Virus record (IMG/VR): IMGVR_UViG_3300034161_000021
Span: 1-39,456 of that record
Direction: 5' to 3' (one strand)
From: a virus
Lineage: Duplodnaviria > Caudoviricetes
DNA length: 39,456 nucleotides
The notes under the pieces are model-generated. The model had not been told where the DNA came from and did not search any database. It saw nothing but the letters and a program-made list of their open reading frames with translations. Below, piece after piece: positions 1-7,994 of this stretch; within the stretch, counting starts at the first letter, position 1, and every line of letters starts with the position of its first letter. The position numbers were made by a program, and so were the translations under genes.

Positions 1-155
1 GTAAGACGGCGCAATGGCGTGCTTGATCTCTGCCGGATCACCGGCTTTCCAGTCGCCCAGATCGACCTCTTTGAGCAAGCCGCGCAGGGTGGCGACAACC
101 GCCGTCACCGCGCCTTTCTGCCCACGGAAAGCCCCACGAAACACGGCATTGAAGG
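1..155. repeat. Terminal direct repeat, left copy (circular assembly overlap)
   Basis: 1-126 is identical to 39314-39439, and 139-155 is identical to 39440-39456. The right copy lacks 12 nt between two CCCACG repeats. Confidence 0.95.
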
Positions 156-390
156 CCGTGCCATCGGCCAGACCGAAGTGCTTCAACGACTCACGGCGCA
201 CGCCCTTGGTGACAAAGGACGCCTCCATTTTCTCCAGGCCCTGGGCCATCTCGATGGCACCGGCCATGCCGCCGGCTCGATACTCGTCGGTCTTAACCGT
301 CAGCTTGGGCAGGGTCAGGCTTGGTACGTCGCCGGCAAAGTTCACGCCGTCAACAAACAGGTTCGTGTTAAACAAAGTTTGAGGAATCAT
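1..390 (-). CDS. FII: Major tail tube protein (P2 FII-like), 5' part; continues across the circular junction to the stop at 39200
   Basis: ATG at 390 reads MIPQTLFNTNLFVDGVNFAGDVPSLTLPKLTVKTDEYRAGGMAGAIEMAQGLEKME..., a typical FII sequence directly downstream of the sheath. Absent from the ORF track because it runs off the window edge. Confidence 0.92.
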   Translation of the reverse strand, partial: MIPQTLFNTNLFVDGVNFAGDVPSLTLPKLTVKTDEYRAGGMAGAIEMAQGLEKMEASFVTKGVRRESLKHFGLADGTAFNAVFRGAFRGQKGAVTAVVATLRGLLKEVDLGDWKAGDPAEIKHAIAPSY

Positions 391-402
391 TGACTAGCCC
401 CC

Positions 403-1569
403 TTAGGCTGCTTCAAGTACTTCGGTCATCCACTGATCGGTGACTTCGAAAAGGAAATTCGGGTTTTCGGCCGGCGGCACGTCGGTAAAGCGAATGCGCC
501 AAAAGACTTTGCCCTCGGCGATTTGGCTGGCCGTGTTCAGCTCAGCGTCCGGGAACACTTCGAAGTTGATAATTGCGCCCTGGGCTTTCAGGTCACGCAT
601 GAACGCGTCCAGGCCGTTGGTCACATCACTGACGTAAGTCTTGGTGATCGAGCGGTCAACGGCCCACTTGTGACTGGCCTGCACCGCATCCATGAGAATG
701 AACAGCGTGCGAACGCGAGTGACGAATGCCCATTTCGGGTCGCTCGACAGCGTGCGGTTGCCCCACAGGCGATAGCCGTCGTCGCGGATGATCGTCGCGA
801 TATTGGCGTTATTCAGCAGGTTGGCCCGGCACGTCTCGTCGCCGTCCAGGTACTCGACAGCGCGGGTCGTGCCCGTGATGCCGGCGAACTCTTTGTTCGA
901 CGGCGAGGCCCAAAAGCCATATTCCGCATCGGTCCAGGCGAACAAGCCCGCCGCCCAGGCCGAACCCGGGGCATCGACCGTCTTGCTGGTGCCGGTGTCC
1001 CAGTACTGCACACCCGGATCAACCATGAACAGGTTGCGACTGCCGAAGTTTTCCGCGTAGGCCATGGCGGCCTCATCGGTGGTGCCCGGCCCGTCGATAA
1101 TGCCGATAGCCCGCAGATTCTGCGCCAGGCCATCGACCGCCGTGGCCACCGCTTGCTTGGCGGTATGGCCTGGGGCGATCAACAGCCGCGGCTGAGCGTT
1201 GAACAGGCTTTTACCATCGCGCAAGGCCTGTAGGCCGGTACGCTGACCCGAGGCCAGGACGCCGCCGATGATCGCCGAGGTTTGCAGCGCCTCGTCTTCA
1301 AGCTTGGCCACGCCGACGGCGACGATCACCGCCTTAGCCTTGCTGTAGATCGCCTGACAGGCCTTGGTGATCGCCGCGTCAGCGCCCCAGGCGGCAATGG
1401 CTTCGCGCTCGGTGGTGATCAATTTAAGTTCGCCAGCCTTTGCCGTGCCGCCGCCCAACAGGCCGGGGGTGAAGGTGCTGCACAGGCCGATGATCGAAGA
1501 CGACGGCAAGGAAATGGTGCGCGCGCCGGTCTTAACATCGGTGGTCGTAACGCCGTGAAAGAAACTCAT
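403..1569 (-). CDS. FI: Tail sheath protein (P2 FI-like)
   Basis: 388 aa; N-terminal FFHGVT, GFWASPSNK, GYRLWGNRT and C-terminal PPAENPNF motifs of contractile sheaths. Confidence 0.95.
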   Translation of the reverse strand: MSFFHGVTTTDVKTGARTISLPSSSIIGLCSTFTPGLLGGGTAKAGELKLITTEREAIAAWGADAAITKACQAIYSKAKAVIVAVGVAKLEDEALQTSAIIGGVLASGQRTGLQALRDGKSLFNAQPRLLIAPGHTAKQAVATAVDGLAQNLRAIGIIDGPGTTDEAAMAYAENFGSRNLFMVDPGVQYWDTGTSKTVDAPGSAWAAGLFAWTDAEYGFWASPSNKEFAGITGTTRAVEYLDGDETCRANLLNNANIATIIRDDGYRLWGNRTLSSDPKWAFVTRVRTLFILMDAVQASHKWAVDRSITKTYVSDVTNGLDAFMRDLKAQGAIINFEVFPDAELNTASQIAEGKVFWRIRFTDVPPAENPNFLFEVTDQWMTEVLEAA

Positions 1570-1590
1570 AAAGCTCGATCTCCAGAAACG

Positions 1591-1614
1591 AAAAAGCCCC
1601 GCATAAGCGAGGCT
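1591..1614 (-). terminator. Intrinsic terminator inside the late operon
   Basis: Minus strand AGCCTCGC-TTAT-GCGGGGCT followed by a T run. Confidence 0.6.
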
Positions 1615-1648
1615 GAGAGGGGTGTTCGTGTTACGCGTAACGGAATAG

Positions 1649-1675
1649 AAAACGCCCCGTCAGTGCGGGGCGTTT
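1649..1675 (-). terminator. Intrinsic terminator after the fibre assembly gene (possibly bidirectional)
   Basis: AAACGCCCC...GGGGCGTTT inverted repeat with A/T flanks, overlapping the stop at 1674. Confidence 0.65.
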
Positions 1676-2120
1676 ATTGGGGTGGGCCGGCCAACCAGGG
1701 CGGCGCCATCGGGCGGTGATCCGCCAGGGGAAACTCGGCGCCTTCCGGCCAGTTGCGCAACTGACGGCGATAGACTTGCAGTTCAGCGTATTGCTCAGCC
1801 GTGAGGGTGGTCGCAATAACTTCTTCCTGCTCATCGCGGTGGCGACTCACCACGCCGTCGGTCGCGGCAAGTTGAGCGTCCCGCCATGCCCGCTCAACTG
1901 CTGCGACATCTGCCGACGAAGGCGGTGGCGGATCAATCAGCACCGGATAACCATCAGGGCGCGCCGACATTTTTTTAGCGCTGATCGACAGCTCTTGGAG
2001 CAGCGACTGCCAATCACTCGCCGCCACCTCAACCACGTCGTCTGGCATATCAGAGCCGTGAACAGCCACTGTGTAAGCGCCGCAGGTTGAAGGACTAAAA
2101 AAAACTATATCGTTCATCAT
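1674..2120 (-). CDS. Tail fibre assembly chaperone
   Basis: FFSPST N-terminus, ERAWRDAQL and YRRQLRNWPE...FP...RP..PPWL; immediately downstream of the fibre gene. Confidence 0.85.
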   Translation of the reverse strand: MMNDIVFFSPSTCGAYTVAVHGSDMPDDVVEVAASDWQSLLQELSISAKKMSARPDGYPVLIDPPPPSSADVAAVERAWRDAQLAATDGVVSRHRDEQEEVIATTLTAEQYAELQVYRRQLRNWPEGAEFPLADHRPMAPPWLAGPPQ

Positions 2121-4090
2121 TAATACCCAATTGCTCGCCAGTATAGGGTCCAGTTTATCGCCCCTGCCCCGCTCTGATTCTGCAATAGAAGCGTGCAGCC
2201 CGCCTTATTCTGCGATCCCGACATAACGCAACTCATCAGCCCCAAAGATCCCACATGAACAGGGGTAATGTTCAGAAGCGCATTAGGAAAAGCCGTGGTA
2301 AAGCTCACATAAGCCTTACCACTGGCATCGGTTACCGCCACGCCCCACTGTTCGATGTAGCCAGATGGCAGTTTTTGAAAACCATTCGAGCCAAAGGAGC
2401 CGCTAAAGTCAGCGTTTTTACCAAGGCCAGCCGTGGACTCAACAACAGTCCATGTAGTCGAGCTCGTACCCACAAACTTGGCCGACTGGCCCGTCTTTAT
2501 CGCGTACGCTGTGCTAATCCCGCCAGACTGGTCCTGAATGGTTGTACCGGCGGGGGTAGTGACCGTCCCGCCTACCGAGGTAGCAAACAAGGTGAAGCCA
2601 GCGCTGCTGTTATTGATGCCTAGTGACAATGGCGGGGGTAGGTTGAGGGTGTACGAACCTGCCGAGCTAAACCAAAGAAGCGAACCTATATCAGTCGGCC
2701 CCAAGTCCCGGGAAGTGTTGATGGTTTGAAAGGAGCTGTATCCGTTCAATGCTCTTTGTACGAACTCGGTTGTTGCCAGCTTCTGGGTTTTGTCAAACAG
2801 CGGTGGCGTTGCCCAATCGGCGCCGGACAAGGATTTGGAATAGCGCAGCGCCGGACTGCCATGCAGGCGCCACACACCCGTCTCCTTAGTCAAGTAGGCC
2901 GTTTCACCCCACCGCAACGTGATGAACCCGTACTGCGCGCCCTCGGGGCTGATCTTGTCAGTGCCGGCGGCAGCAATGGTCTTATCGACGCCGGACGGGT
3001 TATGCAGAACGATTGTCGCGCCAGCGGGAACATCCGCCAGCAGAGGCAGTGTCGCCGCTTGAGCGCCCCCCAAAGACAGGGAAATGAACTGCCCCACGTC
3101 GGCGGCCACCAACGTGATTGCGCCACCCCCTATCGAACGACCACCCGAAAAGCTGCCCAGTGCCCGCTGAGTGAACTCAGTAGTCGCGAGCACCTTGCTG
3201 CTGTCGAACTGGGGCGCCGTAGGGGCCGTTGGCAAGCCCAACAAGGCCGGGGAATTGATCGGCGCAAACCCTTGGGTAACGTTCTGGAACGTCAGCGCAG
3301 TGGTGCCCAGGACAATCACCCCATCCGTGACCAACTGCCAACGGCTGTCGGCTAACGCGCTGCCCTGCTCAACCGATACCAGCAGCGCCGACGTCACTTC
3401 GGCATTGGTGTCGGCATCTTCCGCGCGCTTCCACACGCCCGCCGCCGCGACGTACAGACCGTTGTCCTTGGCCACGGCCTGGTTTTTCACCAGCACCCGA
3501 TCACCGGCCGCCAACGCAATGCCGTCGATGGTCAACAGGCCCGCCAGCGCGATGTTGGCCGTGGTGGCCACGCGCACCGACTGCTTGTTGTCGAGCTTAT
3601 AAAGCTCTTCCGTGATCCGCTGATCAACGTACTCGCGAGTCGCCAGCACCACGGCCGGGTCAATCTTGAGCGTGATGCTGCCGGTGCTGGACACAATGAA
3701 GTTCATCCGCACCACTTGCGTGCGGCCGGAGCCCTGCGACAGCATCGGCTTGAAGCTCGGCGCGCAGTTGGCCACCGCCACCAGATCGCCGTCCGCGTCG
3801 TACAGACCGATTTCGCGAATCCAGCGCCCGCCCTCGTCAGCCGGGATAATTTGCTCGGCGATGATCACCGCCGCGTTGACCGGATCAACCCGGAGCTGAT
3901 TCAGCGGCCGGCGGCGCCATTCATTGATCAGCCGTGTTTGCGATTCGCTCGGAATCGGATCGGTGTCATTGGCATCACCTACCCCCATTTCGGTGATCTT
4001 CCAGGGAAGACCGAGCGCGTCGGCGTTCGCCTGCTTGGCTCTCCCCACTTTCGTGAGGAGCGCGAAAAACTGAGAATTCACATCAACCAT
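2120..4090 (-). CDS. Tail fibre protein (P2 gpH-like)
   Basis: N-terminal baseplate anchor (LLTKVGRAK, IREIGLYDADGDLVAVAN, KIDPAVVLATREYVD), SVRVATTANI...GDRVLVKNQ domain, two ATTEF repeats, C-terminal GFQKLPSGYIEQWG. Confidence 0.92.
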   Translation of the reverse strand: MVDVNSQFFALLTKVGRAKQANADALGLPWKITEMGVGDANDTDPIPSESQTRLINEWRRRPLNQLRVDPVNAAVIIAEQIIPADEGGRWIREIGLYDADGDLVAVANCAPSFKPMLSQGSGRTQVVRMNFIVSSTGSITLKIDPAVVLATREYVDQRITEELYKLDNKQSVRVATTANIALAGLLTIDGIALAAGDRVLVKNQAVAKDNGLYVAAAGVWKRAEDADTNAEVTSALLVSVEQGSALADSRWQLVTDGVIVLGTTALTFQNVTQGFAPINSPALLGLPTAPTAPQFDSSKVLATTEFTQRALGSFSGGRSIGGGAITLVAADVGQFISLSLGGAQAATLPLLADVPAGATIVLHNPSGVDKTIAAAGTDKISPEGAQYGFITLRWGETAYLTKETGVWRLHGSPALRYSKSLSGADWATPPLFDKTQKLATTEFVQRALNGYSSFQTINTSRDLGPTDIGSLLWFSSAGSYTLNLPPPLSLGINNSSAGFTLFATSVGGTVTTPAGTTIQDQSGGISTAYAIKTGQSAKFVGTSSTTWTVVESTAGLGKNADFSGSFGSNGFQKLPSGYIEQWGVAVTDASGKAYVSFTTAFPNALLNITPVHVGSLGLMSCVMSGSQNKAGCTLLLQNQSGAGAINWTLYWRAIGY

Positions 4091-4691
4091 GGTAAATATC
4101 CAGAGTGTCTATTGAGTGTTCGCGCCCGACCACGCCGATGGTCCCGGTGACCTCAATGTCACGCATGACCGGCGGGTAAACGTCGATTACATCGCCTTCG
4201 TACAGGGCGACACTGATATTCAAAGCGCCTTGAGTTTCGAGGCTGATTGCGAGCCCCGTCAGGTGCCGGGTGACGGGCTTGGCGTCGTCGATCAGGCGTT
4301 CTAACTCCTGATACATTTCCTCAGTGATACCGGTATCCAGAACGCCGACCTTCAGCGCGAAGGTTCCCGGGATGCCTTCCGGGACCATCTTGAACCACTC
4401 GATAATCTCGATCAGGTAGCCCAGCGGCTCGACCACGCGGCGCAGCGCACCGACGGTGCCCTTGTGCTTGTGGATGTAGTAAGAAGCCTTGATTGCGGCG
4501 CGCTTGGTCGCCTCGGTCCAACGGTAGTCCCAGCGATCCACCGACCAGGCCCACGCCAGATGCGGCAGCAAATGCACCGGGCAGGTCTCGGCGTTGTAGA
4601 GGTCGCGCAGCGGGACAATCGTTTTCTCGAAAAACGTCGCCTCCATGGCCCGTTCCAGTTGCGTGCTGTTGATCGGCAGTAGGCTTTTCAT
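4083..4691 (-). CDS. I: Tail protein I (P2 gpI-like)
   Basis: SLLPINST, CPVHLLPHLAWAWSVDRWD and HKHKGT motifs. Confidence 0.93.
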   Translation of the reverse strand: MKSLLPINSTQLERAMEATFFEKTIVPLRDLYNAETCPVHLLPHLAWAWSVDRWDYRWTEATKRAAIKASYYIHKHKGTVGALRRVVEPLGYLIEIIEWFKMVPEGIPGTFALKVGVLDTGITEEMYQELERLIDDAKPVTRHLTGLAISLETQGALNISVALYEGDVIDVYPPVMRDIEVTGTIGVVGREHSIDTLDIYHG

Positions 4692-4692
4692 A

Positions 4693-5574
4693 TCAGCCCG
4701 CCAGCGTCACGGTGTAGCCCGTACAGTACGCCGCCTGCGCCTTGGTCGGGGCCAGGTCCTGCCATCCGACCAGCTCAACCCGGGACACACCGGCAACGTG
4801 CAACTGCGCGTCGACACCAGACCGTGCCACCTCAACGCCCAGCCGTTTGCGCGGATTGATCCAGGCCGCCAATCGACTTTTAGCCTCGACCAAGCTGGCA
4901 TCCGCTTCGGGGCCAGCGCTGGCCATGTGCAGAATCGCGTTGATTTGGTAGCGGATTACCTGGGCGCTCTGCACCGTCACCCGATCACACACCGGACGCA
5001 CGTCGTCGTCATTCAGCGCGGAGGCCACCGTGGCCAGCAACTCCGGTGGCGCCACCCCTTCCCCGTCCAAACCCAGCACCGTGACCGTAACGTAACAAGG
5101 CGCGGGACTTTCGGCCGTGGCGTCCGCCACCAACCCCGAGGCGTTGCGCGCGTGCAGGATGTAGCTGTTACGTGGGCCGGCCGTAGTCAGCCCCTCATAG
5201 GCCAACTGGATGCGCTCACGAAACGGGTCGTGATCTTCTTTGATCTCGGGCACCGGCGGAACAACCGTTAAATCCTCAGCCTGAATAACCAGGCGCTTTA
5301 GATTGACGTTGGCCCCCAAGTGATCGAGGTCGCTGCCGATGGCATGCGCCAGCAACACCGCTTTACCGGCGTCATTGACCCGGGCGCGGTTGCCGACCTT
5401 GATGTAAGCGGCGACCTCCAGCACCTTAACTACCGGATCACTTTCAAGCGCGGCGGTCCAGTTACTGCCCATGTACCCGCGAAAAACCCCCAGCCCCTCC
5501 TGATAAGCCTCTTCGAAGTCCAGCGGCTCCAACACAGTCGGTGCCGGCAGCGACGACAGATCCACAATACTCAT
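4693..5574 (-). CDS. J: Baseplate J-like protein
   Basis: Likely start MSIVDLSSLPAP (ATG 5574 overlaps the gpW stop); LESDP, GSDLDHLGA, TTAGP and VRPVCDRVTV motifs. Confidence 0.93.
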   Translation of the reverse strand: MSIVDLSSLPAPTVLEPLDFEEAYQEGLGVFRGYMGSNWTAALESDPVVKVLEVAAYIKVGNRARVNDAGKAVLLAHAIGSDLDHLGANVNLKRLVIQAEDLTVVPPVPEIKEDHDPFRERIQLAYEGLTTAGPRNSYILHARNASGLVADATAESPAPCYVTVTVLGLDGEGVAPPELLATVASALNDDDVRPVCDRVTVQSAQVIRYQINAILHMASAGPEADASLVEAKSRLAAWINPRKRLGVEVARSGVDAQLHVAGVSRVELVGWQDLAPTKAQAAYCTGYTVTLAG

Positions 5575-5897
5575 ACGGCTACCTCCAACGTGACGCCGTC
5601 GCCCAGGTACTCGCCGACAATCTTCAGGTTGATTTTCCCGCCAATAACGGAAATGACGCGCACCTGATCCAGTTTCAAACGCGGCTCCCAGCGCCCCAGG
5701 GCGCGAGCGACTTCCGCCTGTACGGCGCTTTTCCAACCCTCGTTAACGGGCAAGTCAACAAACCGCCGCAACTTGCTGCCGTACTCCATCCGATGCCGCC
5801 GGCTGCCCAAGGGCGTACCCAGAATGTCTGGAACGGATTGGCGCAAGTGCTTGATGCCGGAAATGGGCAGGCCGGTGTGGCGGTCCATTCCGATCAT
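5571..5897 (-). CDS. W: Baseplate wedge protein (P2 gpW/gp25 family)
   Basis: GMDRHTG...HLRQSVPDILGTPLGSRRHRMEYGS...ALGRWEPRL. Confidence 0.93.
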   Translation of the reverse strand: MIGMDRHTGLPISGIKHLRQSVPDILGTPLGSRRHRMEYGSKLRRFVDLPVNEGWKSAVQAEVARALGRWEPRLKLDQVRVISVIGGKINLKIVGEYLGDGVTLEVAV

Positions 5898-5902
5898 CTA
5901 AA

Positions 5903-6130
5903 TCACTCCTTCAGCGGCTTAAAGTCAGCGTAAGCTTTCAGGAACGACACCGCTTCGGCATCGGCTGGCGAAACCTCGGCCAGCCCCTTGGCCACCGACA
6001 GCGTGCGGTTGCTCGGGGGGATGATCAGGGTTCGCGACGTGTAGACCAGATCGCTAAACTTCAGCAGCTCCGGCACCGGAACAGGGGCCGCCAGTTCATC
6101 AGCGGCGGACGGCGTGGTGGTCTTGGCCAT
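5903..6130 (-). CDS. Small hypothetical protein between gpV and gpW
   Basis: ATG at 6130 (MAKTTTP...) preceded by a GGAGA RBS; co-oriented within the tail operon. Confidence 0.65.
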   Translation of the reverse strand: MAKTTTPSAADELAAPVPVPELLKFSDLVYTSRTLIIPPSNRTLSVAKGLAEVSPADAEAVSFLKAYADFKPLKE

Positions 6131-6148
6131 GTCTTTTCTCCATGCATG

Positions 6149-6171
6149 AAAAAGCCCGCACTCGGCGGGCT
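6149..6171 (-). terminator. Intrinsic terminator after gpV
   Basis: Minus strand AGCCCGC-CGAGT-GCGGGCT followed by a T run. Confidence 0.65.
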
Positions 6172-6185
6172 GTCGTGGGTTGAAA

Positions 6186-6752
6186 TTAATGCGTGTGGTG
6201 GTTGCTGTTACCACCGGCGTCGATGATCGCGCCGGCGCTGGTGATGCCCTTCGTAACGTGTAACGCGCCGTCGATCAGCACCGCCGCTTTCAGGGTGATG
6301 TTCCCGGCCGTTACCGTAACGGCGCTGGCAGTTACGACCGCCTCCGTGCTGCCAACTTTGATGGTCACCGTGCCGCTCGGTAGGTTGATGGTGTAGCTCT
6401 TGGCCTGCCAGTCGTAGATCAGCGAGCCGCCATCATCAAACCGCCAGGTTTCCACATGGTCGCGGTTATCCGGCGGCGGGCCGGCATTGCCGTACAAACC
6501 CGGGATAAACGTACCTTGTGCCAAATCACCGCTGGCACTGATCAAGGTCCCCTGCTCGTACATGGATGGCGCCCGCCAGTGCCTGGCCTTACCGGCGGCG
6601 ATGCTGTGCCAACGCACCCAGGCGCTGACCCAGTCACCACCATCCGACACCCGACACACTGGCGGGGAGGCCGCCAGATCGACCGCCACCACATAACAAT
6701 CCTTGACCACCCCCGCCAACATACGATCGTGCTGGGCGCTTGCGTAGCTCAC
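6186..6752 (-). CDS. V: Baseplate spike protein (P2 gpV-like)
   Basis: [20 protein letters not shown], and C-terminal His cluster NHHTH (metal-binding spike tip). Confidence 0.92.
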   Translation of the reverse strand: MSYASAQHDRMLAGVVKDCYVVAVDLAASPPVCRVSDGGDWVSAWVRWHSIAAGKARHWRAPSMYEQGTLISASGDLAQGTFIPGLYGNAGPPPDNRDHVETWRFDDGGSLIYDWQAKSYTINLPSGTVTIKVGSTEAVVTASAVTVTAGNITLKAAVLIDGALHVTKGITSAGAIIDAGGNSNHHTH

Positions 6753-7267
6753 ACATCCTCCGACGGGACAAAGTCCTCTTTGACGTCTTCGTTAAAGCCG
6801 AACAACAACGAGCCCGGCGGCTCATCAGGCCAAGGCCACTCAAGCTCACCCAGTTCGAAAGTCTGTATCCATTGAACGGACCACATAACGAACTGCTCAA
6901 GCTCTTTGGTCGGGGCTTCAGGCTGAGCATGGATATGCTCAGGCGGGCCAAGGATAAAATCCAAGTCCCAATATTGACCATGCAGCACGACCGCCATCTG
7001 AGACGCGAGAATGGCCGCCTGTAGTGACGCTTTGTCGCGCGTGGCATCGACCAGAATGCAGGACTGAAACCGGCCAATCACGACCGTTTTACCGTCCCCC
7101 GGGTTCTCCCCCAGCGTCATGTCCGTCAGGCCGAACAGCAACGCCGGCACCCGGACTTTCGCGTCCAGCTCAGGGAAGGCCTCGACGTGCAAAACCTTGG
7201 GCATCCGCGCCTTGATCGTGCGGGTGATTGCTTCATGTAATGTCGTCAGCTCGCTCATCGTTCGCAC
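6749..7267 (-). CDS. Putative tail terminator/completion protein
   Basis: 172 aa between the head-tail joining gene and gpV, with overlapping start/stop codons; function inferred from position. Confidence 0.55.
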   Translation of the reverse strand: MRTMSELTTLHEAITRTIKARMPKVLHVEAFPELDAKVRVPALLFGLTDMTLGENPGDGKTVVIGRFQSCILVDATRDKASLQAAILASQMAVVLHGQYWDLDFILGPPEHIHAQPEAPTKELEQFVMWSVQWIQTFELGELEWPWPDEPPGSLLFGFNEDVKEDFVPSEDV

Positions 7268-7613
7268 TCAGCACCAAGCCCACCATGCCCGAGCCGTCAG
7301 GCTTCAAGCGGCTGACTTTGTAGCGGCCACCGCCCAGCAAGGGCGGTAACTCAATGGTAAGGAAGTCGCCCTTTTTGACGTTGGCCACATCGACCAGCCG
7401 CACGGTAAGGGTCGGCTCTAACACCTCGTCGGCATTGATCGCACCGCCTAACCGCATCCCATCCCCTTTGCCGCCGATTTCAGCGCCGACAAAGGGGGAA
7501 ACGAAGTCACCAAACACCGACCGACCATCAGCCAGCGTTGCCTCGTCGCCCAGGCGCCTCACCAGCAAGGCGTCCATACGCTCGGCCAGCTCGCGAAAGC
7601 GCCCGGGGCCCAT
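7233..7613 (-). CDS. Putative head-tail joining (head closure) protein
   Basis: FRELAERMDALLVRRLGDEA...GDFLTI...YKVSRLKPDGSG; follows the capsid and cement genes as in lambdoid heads. Confidence 0.65.
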   Translation of the reverse strand: MGPGRFRELAERMDALLVRRLGDEATLADGRSVFGDFVSPFVGAEIGGKGDGMRLGGAINADEVLEPTLTVRLVDVANVKKGDFLTIELPPLLGGGRYKVSRLKPDGSGMVGLVLSANDERADDIT

Positions 7614-7927
7614 TACTGGATCAGCAGCGCGGAAGCGAAGCCGCCGGTTGCATCGCTGGTCAGCTTGCCGAACGGCACAGAGTCAGGCGTCGCCGGCGCA
7701 ACCAACGTGCCCGCCAGCAGGTTGACTTTCTGCCCCTGCTTCAGACCGGCCGAAGCTGGAAGAAACCATTCGCCATCAGTACGACCTACCAGCCGAACGC
7801 CTTTCGGACCACCCGAAAGCGGCACCAACACCAGATCATTCAGCGCGAGCGGAACGCCCGACAGAGCGCCGGCGGCGGGGGCCACAAAATCAACCGTCTG
7901 ACCTTCACTTACCAAATTCTTGGCCAT
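7613..7927 (-). CDS. DUF2190-like capsid cement/decoration protein
   Basis: MAKNLVSEGQTVDFVAP...SG N-terminus typical of DUF2190; directly after the major capsid gene. Confidence 0.8.
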   Translation of the reverse strand: MAKNLVSEGQTVDFVAPAAGALSGVPLALNDLVLVPLSGGPKGVRLVGRTDGEWFLPASAGLKQGQKVNLLAGTLVAPATPDSVPFGKLTSDATGGFASALLIQ

Positions 7928-7954
7928 GGCCAATTTCTCCTATGCAGAAACAAC

Positions 7955-7976
7955 AAACCCCGCACAGGGCGGGGCT
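7955..7976 (-). terminator. Intrinsic terminator after the capsid gene
   Basis: Minus strand GCCCCGC-CCTGT-GCGGGGT followed by TTGTTGTTT. Confidence 0.6.
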
Positions 7977-7994
7977 TATGGGGTTACCGGCGTC

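Noticed and set aside
2120-4090. Diversity-generating retroelement or invertible fibre cassette
   Set aside because: No reverse transcriptase, template repeat, serine invertase or inverted second fibre tip was seen.
1-7267. R-type tailocin locus
   Set aside because: The tail and split lysis genes resemble pyocin clusters, but complete head, terminase and cos modules are present.
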